Positions 37,039 through 47,713 are shown, numbered from the stretch's first letter. The stretch: DNA of 64,000 nucleotides from Minwuiaceae bacterium (GCA_028278525.1 JANQEE010000017.1:66274-130273); one strand, 5' to 3'. Notes: a model not told the origin generated them from the letters alone. Numbers and translations are program-made.

Positions 37039-38127
37039 TTGACGAGGTGGTGTTCGAGGGTTCCTGTGGACGATAGATCGGCCATCTTTCTGCAGGTGAT
37101 GATCGCAATCGCGATCGTCGGCATTTTGGCGTTTCTGGTTTCTTTGGCGGTGAGGCGCGTGCGCCGGACGCATGCAGTCGGCGAGGCCGCGGAAGGCCAG
37201 CCGCAATGGCATGAGTTCGTGCTCGGGCTGGTTCTGCTCGCCGTGGTAACCGTCGTCGTGGTTTGGCAGGTCTCTGTTGGCGGCTTGTGGACATGGGGCG
37301 AGGCCGCCATCGACTGGGGTTCCGACCGGCGGGCAGTCGTCTTCATGGTCGTCATGGCGATCGTGGCGGTCCTCGGTCTGCTGGTATTTCTCATCCATTC
37401 GATCGTGCACTCGCCCGCGCGCCGAGCCGCCGCGGCGGCGCCGGATGCCGCTCCGCCCGCGCAGGAAGCAGGCACTGTCAGGACACCGTCCGCCGTTCGC
37501 CTCCTCGGATTGCTGCTGCTGGCGATCGCTTTCCTGTTGCTGAGCGCCGTTTACCTGCCGCGCGACGCGCAGCACCAGTTCATGGTAGCGCTCATCTACC
37601 CGGCCAGCCTGGCAGTCGCCCTGGTGCTGCTGTTCGACAAGGCCAGCCGGGTCTGGAACGCCAAGTCCGGGGCCGAGGTCGTGCGCGAATGGCTGTTCTG
37701 CGATGCCTTGGTATTCCTGCTGTTCCTGGGCTACCTCAATCTGCGGGCGCTGCCGACGCCGGCCGAGTACGCAAACGTCTTCTGGGACGTGCTCGGTCTG
37801 GCGTTATTCTTCGTCGTGTTCTGGCTGCTCGACCGCAAGGTAACCCGCTTTCGTTTCCTGGTCGCCTACGGGTACTTCGTCGCGCTGCCGCTGTTGCTGC
37901 TGATCTGGCGCGCGGTCCAGGGCATCGCCGAGCCGGAGGGGCTGTCGTGGTGGAGCACCATCTGGCCGTTTCTGATCCTGGCGGTCGTGTTCTTCGTACT
38001 GGAGATCGCCGCCCTGCTGGCGGATCGGGGCGCCGGCAAACACGCAATACCGGCGGTGAAGGACGCGGTGTTCCTTGTGCTTTATGGGATCCTCCTGATC
38101 ATTGCTATCCCTGAGGCGGCCGCCTGA
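37039..38127 (+). CDS. Polytopic membrane protein of unknown function
   Basis: It has 8 or more hydrophobic helices. The exact start is uncertain, with several in-frame GTG/ATG candidates. Confidence 0.5.
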   Translation: MTRWCSRVPVDDRSAIFLQVMIAIAIVGILAFLVSLAVRRVRRTHAVGEAAEGQPQWHEFVLGLVLLAVVTVVVVWQVSVGGLWTWGEAAIDWGSDRRAVVFMVVMAIVAVLGLLVFLIHSIVHSPARRAAAAAPDAAPPAQEAGTVRTPSAVRLLGLLLLAIAFLLLSAVYLPRDAQHQFMVALIYPASLAVALVLLFDKASRVWNAKSGAEVVREWLFCDALVFLLFLGYLNLRALPTPAEYANVFWDVLGLALFFVVFWLLDRKVTRFRFLVAYGYFVALPLLLLIWRAVQGIAEPEGLSWWSTIWPFLILAVVFFVLEIAALLADRGAGKHAIPAVKDAVFLVLYGILLIIAIPEAAA

Positions 38128-38242
38128 TGCCACACCGGCGGATATCAACGGCGCCCATGGCGGTTGCCACCGTCTCATGCCTTCGGATAACGTTTTCCTG
38201 TGCCGGGGCTGCCTGGCACCTGCTGCGTTACTTTAAGGTCGC

Positions 38243-38719
38243 GTGAACATGTTGGGTTGGCACTGGTTCTGGACGCTGGTCGGATTTCTGGTCTACATCG
38301 TCGTCCTGATCTTCCTCTACTTCTACCAGCCGTTCGAGGACCTGTTCACCCTCGTGGTCAACGGCCTGAGCTACGACAATGCGATCTTCTGGGCGGTGGT
38401 GACCATCGCAATCATCGGCTTTTGCGGTTACCACTGGCGAGCCTACAGACTCTATATCGTCGAGCAGAGCAGCGTTGAGCGCATGGTCCTGGCCTCGCTG
38501 CGCGGGTCGACCTTCGTCGCCGTTCTGTTGAGCGCGGGGGCAGCCCTGCAGGCGGTGCAGATCCTCTGCGTCTACCTGCTTCGGGACGATTTCGGTCTGG
38601 ACCGTGAATTCGGCCTGCGCTTGGCCGCGGTCCTCGCGCTGGTCATCCTGACCGGCATCTTCTGCATCATTTTCTGGCTGCTGCGAGTCGTTCGTACCGC
38701 GCCGGCCCGTTCAGGCTGA
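38243..38719 (+). CDS. Small 4-TM membrane protein (LFLYFYQPFE family, paralog A)
   Basis: It has four hydrophobic helices. It shares the LFLYFYQPFE, TLQAVQ and LLxxVVRxA blocks with the 52390 ORF. Confidence 0.6.
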   Translation: MNMLGWHWFWTLVGFLVYIVVLIFLYFYQPFEDLFTLVVNGLSYDNAIFWAVVTIAIIGFCGYHWRAYRLYIVEQSSVERMVLASLRGSTFVAVLLSAGAALQAVQILCVYLLRDDFGLDREFGLRLAAVLALVILTGIFCIIFWLLRVVRTAPARSG

Positions 38720-38743
38720 CGCGGCGACGCTCGCTCTCCGCAT

Positions 38744-40213
38744 CTAGCGTACGCCGGGCGTGCCGAGACCGGGCCGCGACGCCAGCGGGTCGCGCTGCAG
38801 CTGCGCGGACGTATTGGCGTACTGGCCGCCGTAAGGGCCGCGCTTGACGAAGCGGCCGTCGCCGGCACGGCCAACATACTGACCCTTGTCGACGATGACC
38901 CGGCCGCGCGACAGCACCGTTTCGGTGACACCCTTCACGGCGAAGCCCTCATAGGCGTTGTAGTCGATGTTCATGTGATGGGTGTGCGGATTGTGCCGGC
39001 TGATGATCTCCTCGCGTTCCGGGTCGAAAATGACGATGTCGGCATCGCTGCCAACGGCAATCGTGCCCTTGCGCGGAAACAGGCCGAAGATCATTGCCGG
39101 CCGTGTCGACGTGATTTCGACGAAACGATTGAGCGTGATCCGGCCCAGGTTGACGCCATAGTGATAGATCAAACTCATGCGGTTCTCGACGCCGGGACCG
39201 CCATTGGGGATCTGGGAGAAGTCGTCGCGGCCCAGTTCCTTCTGCTCGCGCAGGCAGAACGGGCAATGATCGGTCGAGATGACGTCGAGCGAGCTGGTCC
39301 TGAGCCCGTTCCACAACTCGTCCTGGTTCCAGTCCTCGCGCAGCGGCGGCGTTAGAACGTATTTCGCACCGTCGAAACCGGGCTCGTCATACCGGTTGAC
39401 GTCGAGCAGCAGGTATTGCGGGCAGGTTTCGGCATGCGCCATCACGCCGCGCGCCTGTGCCTGACGGAGTTCGTGCAACGCGTCATAGCAGCTTAGGTGG
39501 ACGATATAGACCGGCGCTTGTGCGACCTCCGCGATCGCCAGGGCGCGGTGCGCGCCTTCCGCCTCAAGCCGGGTCGGCCGGGTGCGGGCGTGGTATTTCG
39601 GCGTGGTGTGGCCCTGGGACAGCGCGATCTTCACCAGTTCGTCGATTACGATGCCGTTTTCCGCATGCATGCAGACCAGCGTGCCGTCTTCCCCGGCCTT
39701 GCGCATGGCCCGAAAGATCGTGCCGTCGTCGGAAAGCAGAACCCCCGGGTAGGCCATGAACATCTTGTAGCTGGTCACTCCCTCGTCAGCGAGCTGCCGC
39801 ATCTCCGGTATGCGCTCTTCCGGCATATCGGTGATAATCATGTGAAACGCGTAATCGATCGCAGTCTTGCCCTCCGCCTTTGCATGCCACTGGTCGAGAG
39901 CGGCGATGGTCGACGTACCGCGGCTTTGAATGGCGAAGTCGACGAGGCAGGTGGTACCGCCAAACGCCGCCGCGCGGGTCCCGGTTTCGAATGTATCGGA
40001 CGTGGTGGTGCCGCCGAACGGCATCTCAAGGTGGGTATGCGGGTCGACACCGCCCGGGATAACCAGCCGTCCGCTGGCATCGATCACCGTGTCCGCTTCG
40101 ATCGACAAATCGCGACCGATCAGCGAAACCGTCTGGTCGGCAATGAAGATATCGGCACGGTAGTCATCGGCGGCGGTGACGATGCGGCCGTTCTTGATCA
40201 ATATGCTCACCAT
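38744..40213 (-). CDS. Dihydropyrimidinase / D-hydantoinase (cyclic amidohydrolase)
   Basis: The metal ligands PGGVDPHTHLEMPF are present, along with a carboxylated-Lys region. The gene is 489 aa. Confidence 0.9.
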   Translation of the reverse strand: MVSILIKNGRIVTAADDYRADIFIADQTVSLIGRDLSIEADTVIDASGRLVIPGGVDPHTHLEMPFGGTTTSDTFETGTRAAAFGGTTCLVDFAIQSRGTSTIAALDQWHAKAEGKTAIDYAFHMIITDMPEERIPEMRQLADEGVTSYKMFMAYPGVLLSDDGTIFRAMRKAGEDGTLVCMHAENGIVIDELVKIALSQGHTTPKYHARTRPTRLEAEGAHRALAIAEVAQAPVYIVHLSCYDALHELRQAQARGVMAHAETCPQYLLLDVNRYDEPGFDGAKYVLTPPLREDWNQDELWNGLRTSSLDVISTDHCPFCLREQKELGRDDFSQIPNGGPGVENRMSLIYHYGVNLGRITLNRFVEITSTRPAMIFGLFPRKGTIAVGSDADIVIFDPEREEIISRHNPHTHHMNIDYNAYEGFAVKGVTETVLSRGRVIVDKGQYVGRAGDGRFVKRGPYGGQYANTSAQLQRDPLASRPGLGTPGVR

Positions 40214-40381
40214 TTGCCTCCCAGCACATAGCAGTTGGCAGCTACGACAAGTTATGTATCATTTGAGGCACTGGCTCTCTTGACAAGGTTTTTTGCCGGC
40301 ACGGTCAACAGGGTTCGGTACGTAGCAGTGCGGCGCAACGCGAACGCCGCATAAACAACGTGCAGTAATGGGGAGGCAGTT

Positions 40382-41668
40382 ATGACAACCAAACAAAAAC
40401 GCAAGACAGAGCGCTCGAGTTCACGCGGAGTTTCCCGCCGAACGCTTATGGGTACGGCCGCTGGTGCGGCGGCGGTCGGGGCGATCGGAGGATTTCCGGC
40501 AATCGTGCGTGCTGCGGATCCGATCCGCACCATCGGGCTCGGCGTCAGCATTATCAATGAAATCCAGGGCCAGGCTTCCACGGACCTTGGTTTTCCCGTG
40601 CGCGGTCAAGCGCTCGGCTATGGCGCGATGTTCGGCAAGATGCTGAACCAGAACGACCAATACGAGATTGCCGAGGGCTACTTCAATGACATGGACGTGT
40701 TCATTCCGTCCAAGGTGTGGCAACCGATCGACACCACACGCATCAAGGAATGGGACAAGGTCACCAACCTGTCGAAGACCGGCAAGCTGACGCCGGAATC
40801 GGCTGTCGGTCAGGGCGATGCGCCGTTCCGCCATCTCTGGCTTGACGAGAACGGCGAACGTGTCGACGGACCGTCGCGCTATATCTCTATGGTGCCGGCT
40901 TGGCATAACGCCGATTCCATCGGCTACAACCCGGAGGAAACAGGGCGCAAGATCGAGAGCTGGGCAGAACTGTTACACCCGGATTTCGCCGGTCGAGTGG
41001 CCCTTTTGAACGTCCCGCAGATCGGCGTCATGGATGCCGCAATGGCGGTCGAAGCCATGGGCATAATGACCTTTAAGGACAAGGGTGACATGTCGAAGGC
41101 GGAGATCGACGAGTTGATCAACATCCTGATCGACAAGAAGAGGGCCGACCATTTCCGCGCCTTCTGGGAATCGTTCGGTCAGTCGGTCAACCTGATGGTC
41201 AGCGGCGAAGTCGCAATACAAAGCATGTGGTCGCCGGCGGTGACGGCGATCAAAGCCGAGGGCGTGCCCTGCATCTACGCCTTCCCGAAGGAAGGCATGC
41301 GCGGCTGGCACGGCGGTCTGGCGATTTCCGCCAAGGTCACCGGTAAAGCGCTCGACCAGGCCTACGAATACATCAACTGGTGGCTCGCCGGCTGGCCCGG
41401 CGCCTTCGTCGCCCGGCAAGGCTACTACATGTCGGTGCCGGAAAACGTGAAGAAGCACCTCGAGCCTGAGGAATGGGATTTCTGGTACGAGGGCAAGCCG
41501 GCCGCCAAGGAACTGCCGGATCCGTTCGACACCATCATCGTCGAGAAGGACGAAGTGCGCGATGGCGGCTCCTATTGGGACCGTTTCAAGAATATCGCCG
41601 TGTGGAACTCGTTGATGACGGAGAACGACTACCTGGTCAAACGCTGGACGGAATTCCTGACCGCCTGA
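40382..41668 (+). CDS. ABC transporter periplasmic substrate-binding protein (PotD/PotF polyamine-type family) with Tat/Sec signal
   Basis: The leader SRRTLMGTAAGAAAVGAIGGFPAIVRA is a Tat/Sec signal. The gene is 428 aa and lies upstream of two permease genes. Confidence 0.8.
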   Translation: MTTKQKRKTERSSSRGVSRRTLMGTAAGAAAVGAIGGFPAIVRAADPIRTIGLGVSIINEIQGQASTDLGFPVRGQALGYGAMFGKMLNQNDQYEIAEGYFNDMDVFIPSKVWQPIDTTRIKEWDKVTNLSKTGKLTPESAVGQGDAPFRHLWLDENGERVDGPSRYISMVPAWHNADSIGYNPEETGRKIESWAELLHPDFAGRVALLNVPQIGVMDAAMAVEAMGIMTFKDKGDMSKAEIDELINILIDKKRADHFRAFWESFGQSVNLMVSGEVAIQSMWSPAVTAIKAEGVPCIYAFPKEGMRGWHGGLAISAKVTGKALDQAYEYINWWLAGWPGAFVARQGYYMSVPENVKKHLEPEEWDFWYEGKPAAKELPDPFDTIIVEKDEVRDGGSYWDRFKNIAVWNSLMTENDYLVKRWTEFLTA

Positions 41669-41759
41669 CCAGCCGTGATGTAATAACCGGGACCGGCTGG
41701 CCCAGGCCAGCCGGTCTTGTTTTGTCGGGCCGAACGGTCGGCCTCGGCACCGTCAGAGG

Positions 41760-42812
41760 ATGGCGGTCAGTGTGAGCACAGTCGATTCAACATCGAAACC
41801 GCCGGGTGACGTGGAACTGCCCACTACACCGGACGATGCCGAACGGCGGGTGCCGCCGCCGGCGCTGGTCGGCGGGACGCCGGCGGCACCCGCCGGCTTC
41901 GCCGCGGTCAAGGCCGACAATCGCGAAGGCGGCTTTCCGACATTGTGGCTGATCGCGCCGGCGACGCTGTGGCTGCTGGTCTTCCTTGTGCTGCCGCTGC
42001 TCGGCATCATTGTGTTCAGTTTTTGGGACACCGAAGGCGGCAAGCTGATCGCCGACCCGACGTTGGAACACTATCGCGACTATTTCTACACGGAAGGCTT
42101 CTTCGACTCCGAGTCGCGCAACTTCCTGACCCTCAGCGTATTTATCCGCACCCTCGGCTCGACATTTTACTTCACCGCCCTGGTAATGGTGCTGTGTCTG
42201 ATCGTCGGCTATCCGATCGCGTACTTCCTGGCCATGCAGGTGGGAAGCTTCAAGTGGCAGATGGCACTGTTCCTGCTGTGCATGGTGCCATTCTGGACCA
42301 GCTATCTGATCCGTGCCGTTGCCTGGCTGCCCATGCTGGGCCGGCGCGGGCTGCTTAACGAGCTGTTGTTGCTGACTGGCGTCGTCGACAAGCCGGTCAG
42401 CTTTCTGCTCTATTCCGAGTTCGGCTATGTGATGGCGCTGGTGCAGATCTACGTTGTGCTTGGCGTCGGCCCGATATTCTTCTCGCTTGCAAAAATCGAC
42501 AAGGCGATCATCGAAGCCGCCCGCGACATGGGCGCGACGCCCTTCCAGATCTTCCGTGAGATCATCGGTCCCCTGTCGCTGCCGGGCGTGGCGATCGGAA
42601 TGATCTTCATCTTCGTTATGCTTATGGGTGAGTTCGCGACCGCGGTCGTGGTTTACGGCGGCAAGGCATCGACCACCGGCACCGTGATCCTGAACTACTA
42701 CGCGATTGCCAATTATCCGTTCGCGGCGGTAAACGCCCTTATGCTCATGCTGGCGATGATGATCGGCGTCGTCATCATTCTGCGCGTCGTCGATATCCGG
42801 AAGGAGCTCTGA
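41760..42812 (+). CDS. ABC transporter permease (PotB-like)
   Basis: It has 6 TM segments and an EAA-like loop (AARDMGATPFQIFREI). The true start is probably downstream of the first in-frame codon. Confidence 0.75.
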   Translation: MAVSVSTVDSTSKPPGDVELPTTPDDAERRVPPPALVGGTPAAPAGFAAVKADNREGGFPTLWLIAPATLWLLVFLVLPLLGIIVFSFWDTEGGKLIADPTLEHYRDYFYTEGFFDSESRNFLTLSVFIRTLGSTFYFTALVMVLCLIVGYPIAYFLAMQVGSFKWQMALFLLCMVPFWTSYLIRAVAWLPMLGRRGLLNELLLLTGVVDKPVSFLLYSEFGYVMALVQIYVVLGVGPIFFSLAKIDKAIIEAARDMGATPFQIFREIIGPLSLPGVAIGMIFIFVMLMGEFATAVVVYGGKASTTGTVILNYYAIANYPFAAVNALMLMLAMMIGVVIILRVVDIRKEL

Positions 42813-42814
42813 AC

Positions 42815-43642
42815 ATGGCCAGGTGGACACCGGAACGTCGGCGCCGGACCTGGATCAAGGGTGGCTTCAGCGTCTACTACGTGATCTTTCTGGTGTTCAT
42901 CTACGGGCCGATGTTCGCGATGTTCGTCCTGTCCTTTCAGGGCCGGCGTGGCGGCACCAGCTTTCCCATGCGGGGGGTGAGCCTGCATTGGTGGGAGAAG
43001 CTGATCGAACCGTCGACGGTCGGCGATCTGCAGGGTGCCCTTATGCGTTCGCTGATCCTGGCGCTGATTGTCATGGTCATCACGGCGCTGTTCTCGACCA
43101 TGCTGGCAATGGCTTTCCGCAAGCGCTTCTTCGGCTCCGACGCACTGTTCTTCACCGTTATGGCCGGCCTGATGGTGCCCGGCGTCCTGCTCAGCCTGGG
43201 GCTCGCCACCATGATGAGGCAATTGGGCATTCCGACCAACTGGTGGTCGTCCGGTCTGGGCGTGCACGTGGTCTGGACCCTGCCGTTCGGCTTCCTGGTC
43301 ATGATGGCGGTGTTCAACCGTTTCGATGCGCGCCTGGAAGAAGCCGCCCGCGACATGGGCGCCGACGAATGGACAGTATTCAAGGAGGTCACGCTACCGC
43401 TGATTACGCCGGGCATCGTCGCGGCCGGCCTGTTCGGCTTCACGCTGTCTTACGACGAGTTCGCTCGCACGACGTTGCTGGCCGGCGCCAATAACACCCT
43501 GCCGCTCGACATCAATGCGTCGATGACCCAGCGCATTCGACCGACGCTGTTCGCGCTTGGAACCGCCTCGACCGTCTTTTCGTTGTTTATGATCGGGCTT
43601 TTTCTGGTGATCTACACGGCGCTGACACGCCGGCTGCGCTAG
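42815..43642 (+). CDS. ABC transporter permease (PotC-like)
   Basis: It has 6 TM segments and an EAA loop (EAARDMGADEWTVFKEVTLP). Confidence 0.8.
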   Translation: MARWTPERRRRTWIKGGFSVYYVIFLVFIYGPMFAMFVLSFQGRRGGTSFPMRGVSLHWWEKLIEPSTVGDLQGALMRSLILALIVMVITALFSTMLAMAFRKRFFGSDALFFTVMAGLMVPGVLLSLGLATMMRQLGIPTNWWSSGLGVHVVWTLPFGFLVMMAVFNRFDARLEEAARDMGADEWTVFKEVTLPLITPGIVAAGLFGFTLSYDEFARTTLLAGANNTLPLDINASMTQRIRPTLFALGTASTVFSLFMIGLFLVIYTALTRRLR

Positions 43643-43647
43643 CCTCG

Positions 43648-44772
43648 TTAAGCGGCGGCCGGCCCAAGGATATCTTCGGGGCGGATCGAGTCCCGCAGCA
43701 GCACACCAGCCTCGGCGCTCCAGCATATGAACTCGCGCTCGCCCATCTTGCGGACGCTGTCCGACAGATGCCGGTGCTGCTCGACATGCACGTATTGGCC
43801 GGGCGCCAGCTCAAACACGTCGGTCTCGAGCGTGCCGAGAAACTCCGTCGCGATATAGCTGCCCTCGACCCGGTTCGCCATGTCCGGATGGTCGCCGGTG
43901 TGCATCAGGTCGGCGCGCACCGAGAACCAGACGGTCTTGCCGACAGGCACGTGCTGGATGTGCGACGGCACTTTGACATAGAACAACTCGCCCAGGCTTT
44001 CGACAAACACCATCGTGCCCGAGCGCGATTTCACGATGCCCTGGAACAGGTTGTTGTTACCGATGAACTCGGCGACGAACTTGGTCTCCGGATGCTCGTG
44101 CACCTCGCGGCTGGTGCCGATCTGCTGCACCACCGAATCCGACATTACCACGACCTTGTCGGCCATCGACATGGCTTCCTGCTGCGAGTGGGTAACCATG
44201 ACGAACGTGATGCCGAGTTCGCGCTGGATGCGTTTAAGTTCCACCATCATGGTCTGCCGCAAGTTGAAGTCCAGCGCTCCCAGCGGCTCGTCAAGCAGCA
44301 GCACGGTCGGCCGGCTGATCAGGGCGCGAGCCAGCGCCACGCGCTGTTGCTGACCGCCCGATAACTCGCCCGGCCGACGGCTGGCGAAATCGTGCAGGCC
44401 GACCATCTCCAACATTTCCCAAACCCGGTGCGCCCGCGAATCCGGCTCCATGCCCTTCATTTTCAGGCTGAACTCGACGTTCTGAAACACCGTGCGATGC
44501 GGGAACAGCGCGAACGACTGAAACATCATCGACGTGTCGCGCTGCGAGGGCGGCAGGTCGGTCACGTCTTTGCCGCGGATGAAGATGCGCCCTTCGGTGA
44601 CCTCCTCCAGCCCCGCCATCATGCGCAGTGTGGTGGTTTTGCCGCAGCCCGACGGCCCGAGCATTGAGACGAATTCGCCCCGTTCGATTTCGGCGTTGAA
44701 ATCGATCACCGCCCGCGTGCCGTCCGGATAGGTCTTGTAGGCGTTTTCGAGAACGATATCGAAATCAGTCAT
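43648..44772 (-). CDS. ABC transporter ATP-binding protein (PotA/MalK-type with C-terminal TOBE domain)
   Basis: It has Walker A (GPSGCGKTT), the signature LSGGQQQRVALARAL, and Walker B (LLLDEPL). It is convergent with the permease genes. Confidence 0.85.
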   Translation of the reverse strand: MTDFDIVLENAYKTYPDGTRAVIDFNAEIERGEFVSMLGPSGCGKTTTLRMMAGLEEVTEGRIFIRGKDVTDLPPSQRDTSMMFQSFALFPHRTVFQNVEFSLKMKGMEPDSRAHRVWEMLEMVGLHDFASRRPGELSGGQQQRVALARALISRPTVLLLDEPLGALDFNLRQTMMVELKRIQRELGITFVMVTHSQQEAMSMADKVVVMSDSVVQQIGTSREVHEHPETKFVAEFIGNNNLFQGIVKSRSGTMVFVESLGELFYVKVPSHIQHVPVGKTVWFSVRADLMHTGDHPDMANRVEGSYIATEFLGTLETDVFELAPGQYVHVEQHRHLSDSVRKMGEREFICWSAEAGVLLRDSIRPEDILGPAAA

Positions 44773-44832
44773 CGCGGATCACGACCGGTCCAATCCAATG
44801 CCACCCGACCGTCCGGGCACGAACAGCCGAAT

Positions 44833-47658
44833 TCAATCGGCCGCGCGCGCCGCCGCCTGCACCAGGGTCCAGACGGTATCGAACGAAACCTCATCCAGGA
44901 CGCCATTCTGATTGAAGGCGCGCAGTTGCTGCACGGCATCGCGGATCGCTTCGTTGTCGCCGGCATGGCCTTCCAGCTTGTCCAGCGCTTCCGGCAACGG
45001 AATGTCGCGGGACCGCTTGGTGCTCATATGCTCCTGCACCAGCGCGTTGACGTGATCGTAGAGTTCGCGCATCGAACCGGCGGTGTACGGCCGGCCGATC
45101 AGACCGCGCAGGCCGTTGGCGTTGAAGCGTTGTCGCAGTCCCTCCGGCAACGACTGTGCGAAGCCCTCCAGCACTTCGCCAAGACCGAAGCCTTGCGTGA
45201 AGAGGCCGCGCAGCGTGTCGACGGTGCCGTCCTTGCCGCCACCGCCGCCATACATGCGGATCTGCGCGTTCTGCAGGGCGTTGCCCATGGCTTTGGCCTG
45301 ATCGATATGCACGTCGCGTTCGGCCTCGATGTAGAGCTTGGCCAGTTCGAGGAACGTGGCCGCCTCGTTGTATTTCTTCAATGCACCGGCTTTGGCTTCC
45401 AGCCCCGCCGCTTCGCTTTCGAGCATGCGCTGCGTGTTGGCGACCCGCAGGGTTTCAATCTCCATCTCGGCGCGGCCGACGGCGCCGGCCTCGCGCTCGA
45501 TCCCATCGGCCGCAATCTTCTGCGCTTCGCTGTTCGCCTTGGCGCGGGTCAGCGTCGCGTCGGATTCCAGCTCGGCCGCCTGCTTCCGGGCCTCGGACTG
45601 GACGACCACGTGCATGCGCGAGACCTCGGCCTTGCTCTCCTCGTCGACGCGCCGTGCCTCCGCGATCTTCTCCGCCTCGATCCGCTGCAGATCCTTGGCG
45701 CGTCCGGCATCGGCAACGATACGGACCGACTCGACGGCATGTTCGGCCCGCTCCTTATCGGCTGTCGTCGACAACCGCTCGACCTCGGCCTGCTCCAGTT
45801 CCCGGGTCTTGCCGACCAAGGCGATCTCGCGATTGCGTTCCTCGAGTTCGCGCGCCAGAAAGCGCTCGATATCCGCCTTCTCGCGCTCTTTCTCCTTGCC
45901 GATCAAGGAGATCTCGCGGTTCTTCTCCTCGAGTTCCAGGGCGAGCGAGGTGTCGATCTCGGCCTGACGCAGCTCGCGGTCCTTGCCGATCAACGCGATC
46001 TCGCGATCGCGTTCTTCCTGCTCACGGGCCAGGACTCGGCGGATTTCAGCGCGCTCGAGCTCCTGGGCCTTGGCCACCAGTGCAATCTCGCGGTCGCGCT
46101 CCTCCTGTTCGCGCGCCAATGCGCGCTGGATCTCGGCGGCCTCGCGCGCGCGGGTTTCCTGAAAGATCTCGGCATCTTTCTGAATCTGCTTACGCTCCAG
46201 CGCCAGCGCCTTTTCAATCTCTTCCTGCTCAACCTCCCAGCGCCGGTCCAGGATGTAGCGTTGCTGCTCCGAAAGGATGCGCGCCCGCTCGTTCGAAACG
46301 TCGTGTTCCTGCTGTGCCGCGGCCAGCGTCTCGTCACGGTCGATATCGAGCATCGCAAGCCTGGTCTCGAGTCCGCGCTTGCGCACCGACAGGGCAATCG
46401 CTTCGGAGACCTGGTGCCGCTCGTCGCGCGCCCGTTCTTCGGCCGCGGACACGGCGGTTTGACGGGCGATTTCCTCTTCCTGCCGTTGCCGCTCCTTCTG
46501 AGACAGCTCGATGTCCTTGCCTTTTTCGGCGCTCTCGCGCGCTAGATTTCGGGCGATTTCGGCCAGTTCCGCTTCGCGAGCCTTGTCGGTGAGTTCGATC
46601 TGCCGATCCCGCTCCGCTTTCTCCAAGGCAAGGTTTCGGCCGATGTTCGCCAGCTCTTCTTCCCGATTTTTCGCGATCAGAGCGATCTCGCGGTCCCGCC
46701 GCTCCTGCTCCACAATCAGGTCTTTCTGGATCTCGCGCGCCTCGCGCTTCTCAGCTTCTTCGGTGACGGCGATCTCACGTTCGGTGCGCAGACGCTCCAG
46801 CAGTTTTTCGTTGTCGATTTCCTTCTGCTCGACCGACAGGCGCTGGTCGAGAATATAGATCTGCTTCTCGCCGAGTTGCTTGGCCTGCTCGTTCGATACG
46901 TCCTTGTCCTGGTTCGCGCGGGCGAATGCCTCCTCGCGTTCGATCTGCAAAAGCTCGAGCTGGGTGTCGAGGTCCTTCTGGCGGATCGCCACGGTGGTAC
47001 GCTTTTCCGTGTCGTGCACCTTACGCCGCGCTTCGCTGGTAACCTCGGTGATCACCTTCAAGCCCTCGGCGTCGAAGACGTTGTCGCCCTTGAAATACTC
47101 CTTCGATGTCTGCTCGAGCGCGACGATGGTGACTTCCTCCAGCTCCAGTCCGTTGGCGCGGAAGCTTTCGATCACGTTCTCCTTGATATCCTTGGCAAAG
47201 GCGTCGCGGTTCTTGTGCAATTCCTGAAGCGTTTTGGTCGCCGCGTAACTGCGCAGCGCACTGATCACCTTGGCTTCCAGCAGGGTGCGCACTTTCTCGG
47301 CGTCGAATGTCTTTTCGCCCAAGCTGCGGCTGGCGGTGAGCACGTCGGCATCGTTGTGTCCGACATGGGCGTAAAGCTCTGTGTTGACGTCGATTCGGAT
47401 GTTGTCTGAGGTCAGGATCGCCTGCTCGCGCGACCGACCGACGATCAGCTTCATGGTTTCCAGCGAGACCCAGGTAACCTCGTGAAACACCGGCAGGACG
47501 ATGGCGCCCTTACCCAGGCAAACCTTCGTGCCCATGAAACCGGTGCGGATGAAGCACATGTTCGACGGCGCCCGTTTGTATATCCAGATCGAGATCACAT
47601 AGAGAATGGCGATAACGATGATCGCCGTGATCAGCAGGGTAATTCCGATCTCTAACAT
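44833..47658 (-). CDS. Flotillin/SPFH (band-7) family protein with long internal coiled-coil repeat array
   Basis: An N-terminal TM segment and SPFH domain are followed by about ten 29-aa tandem repeats (REQEERDREIALVAK..ELERAEIRRVLA) and a flotillin-like C-terminus. The gene is 941 aa. Confidence 0.75.
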   Translation of the reverse strand: MLEIGITLLITAIIVIAILYVISIWIYKRAPSNMCFIRTGFMGTKVCLGKGAIVLPVFHEVTWVSLETMKLIVGRSREQAILTSDNIRIDVNTELYAHVGHNDADVLTASRSLGEKTFDAEKVRTLLEAKVISALRSYAATKTLQELHKNRDAFAKDIKENVIESFRANGLELEEVTIVALEQTSKEYFKGDNVFDAEGLKVITEVTSEARRKVHDTEKRTTVAIRQKDLDTQLELLQIEREEAFARANQDKDVSNEQAKQLGEKQIYILDQRLSVEQKEIDNEKLLERLRTEREIAVTEEAEKREAREIQKDLIVEQERRDREIALIAKNREEELANIGRNLALEKAERDRQIELTDKAREAELAEIARNLARESAEKGKDIELSQKERQRQEEEIARQTAVSAAEERARDERHQVSEAIALSVRKRGLETRLAMLDIDRDETLAAAQQEHDVSNERARILSEQQRYILDRRWEVEQEEIEKALALERKQIQKDAEIFQETRAREAAEIQRALAREQEERDREIALVAKAQELERAEIRRVLAREQEERDREIALIGKDRELRQAEIDTSLALELEEKNREISLIGKEKEREKADIERFLARELEERNREIALVGKTRELEQAEVERLSTTADKERAEHAVESVRIVADAGRAKDLQRIEAEKIAEARRVDEESKAEVSRMHVVVQSEARKQAAELESDATLTRAKANSEAQKIAADGIEREAGAVGRAEMEIETLRVANTQRMLESEAAGLEAKAGALKKYNEAATFLELAKLYIEAERDVHIDQAKAMGNALQNAQIRMYGGGGGKDGTVDTLRGLFTQGFGLGEVLEGFAQSLPEGLRQRFNANGLRGLIGRPYTAGSMRELYDHVNALVQEHMSTKRSRDIPLPEALDKLEGHAGDNEAIRDAVQQLRAFNQNGVLDEVSFDTVWTLVQAAARAAD

Positions 47659-47713
47659 CTGCGCTTACCTTGTTCTTTCTGCTTATGTTCTTTTTTTGAC
47701 GGCATTGCGGACA

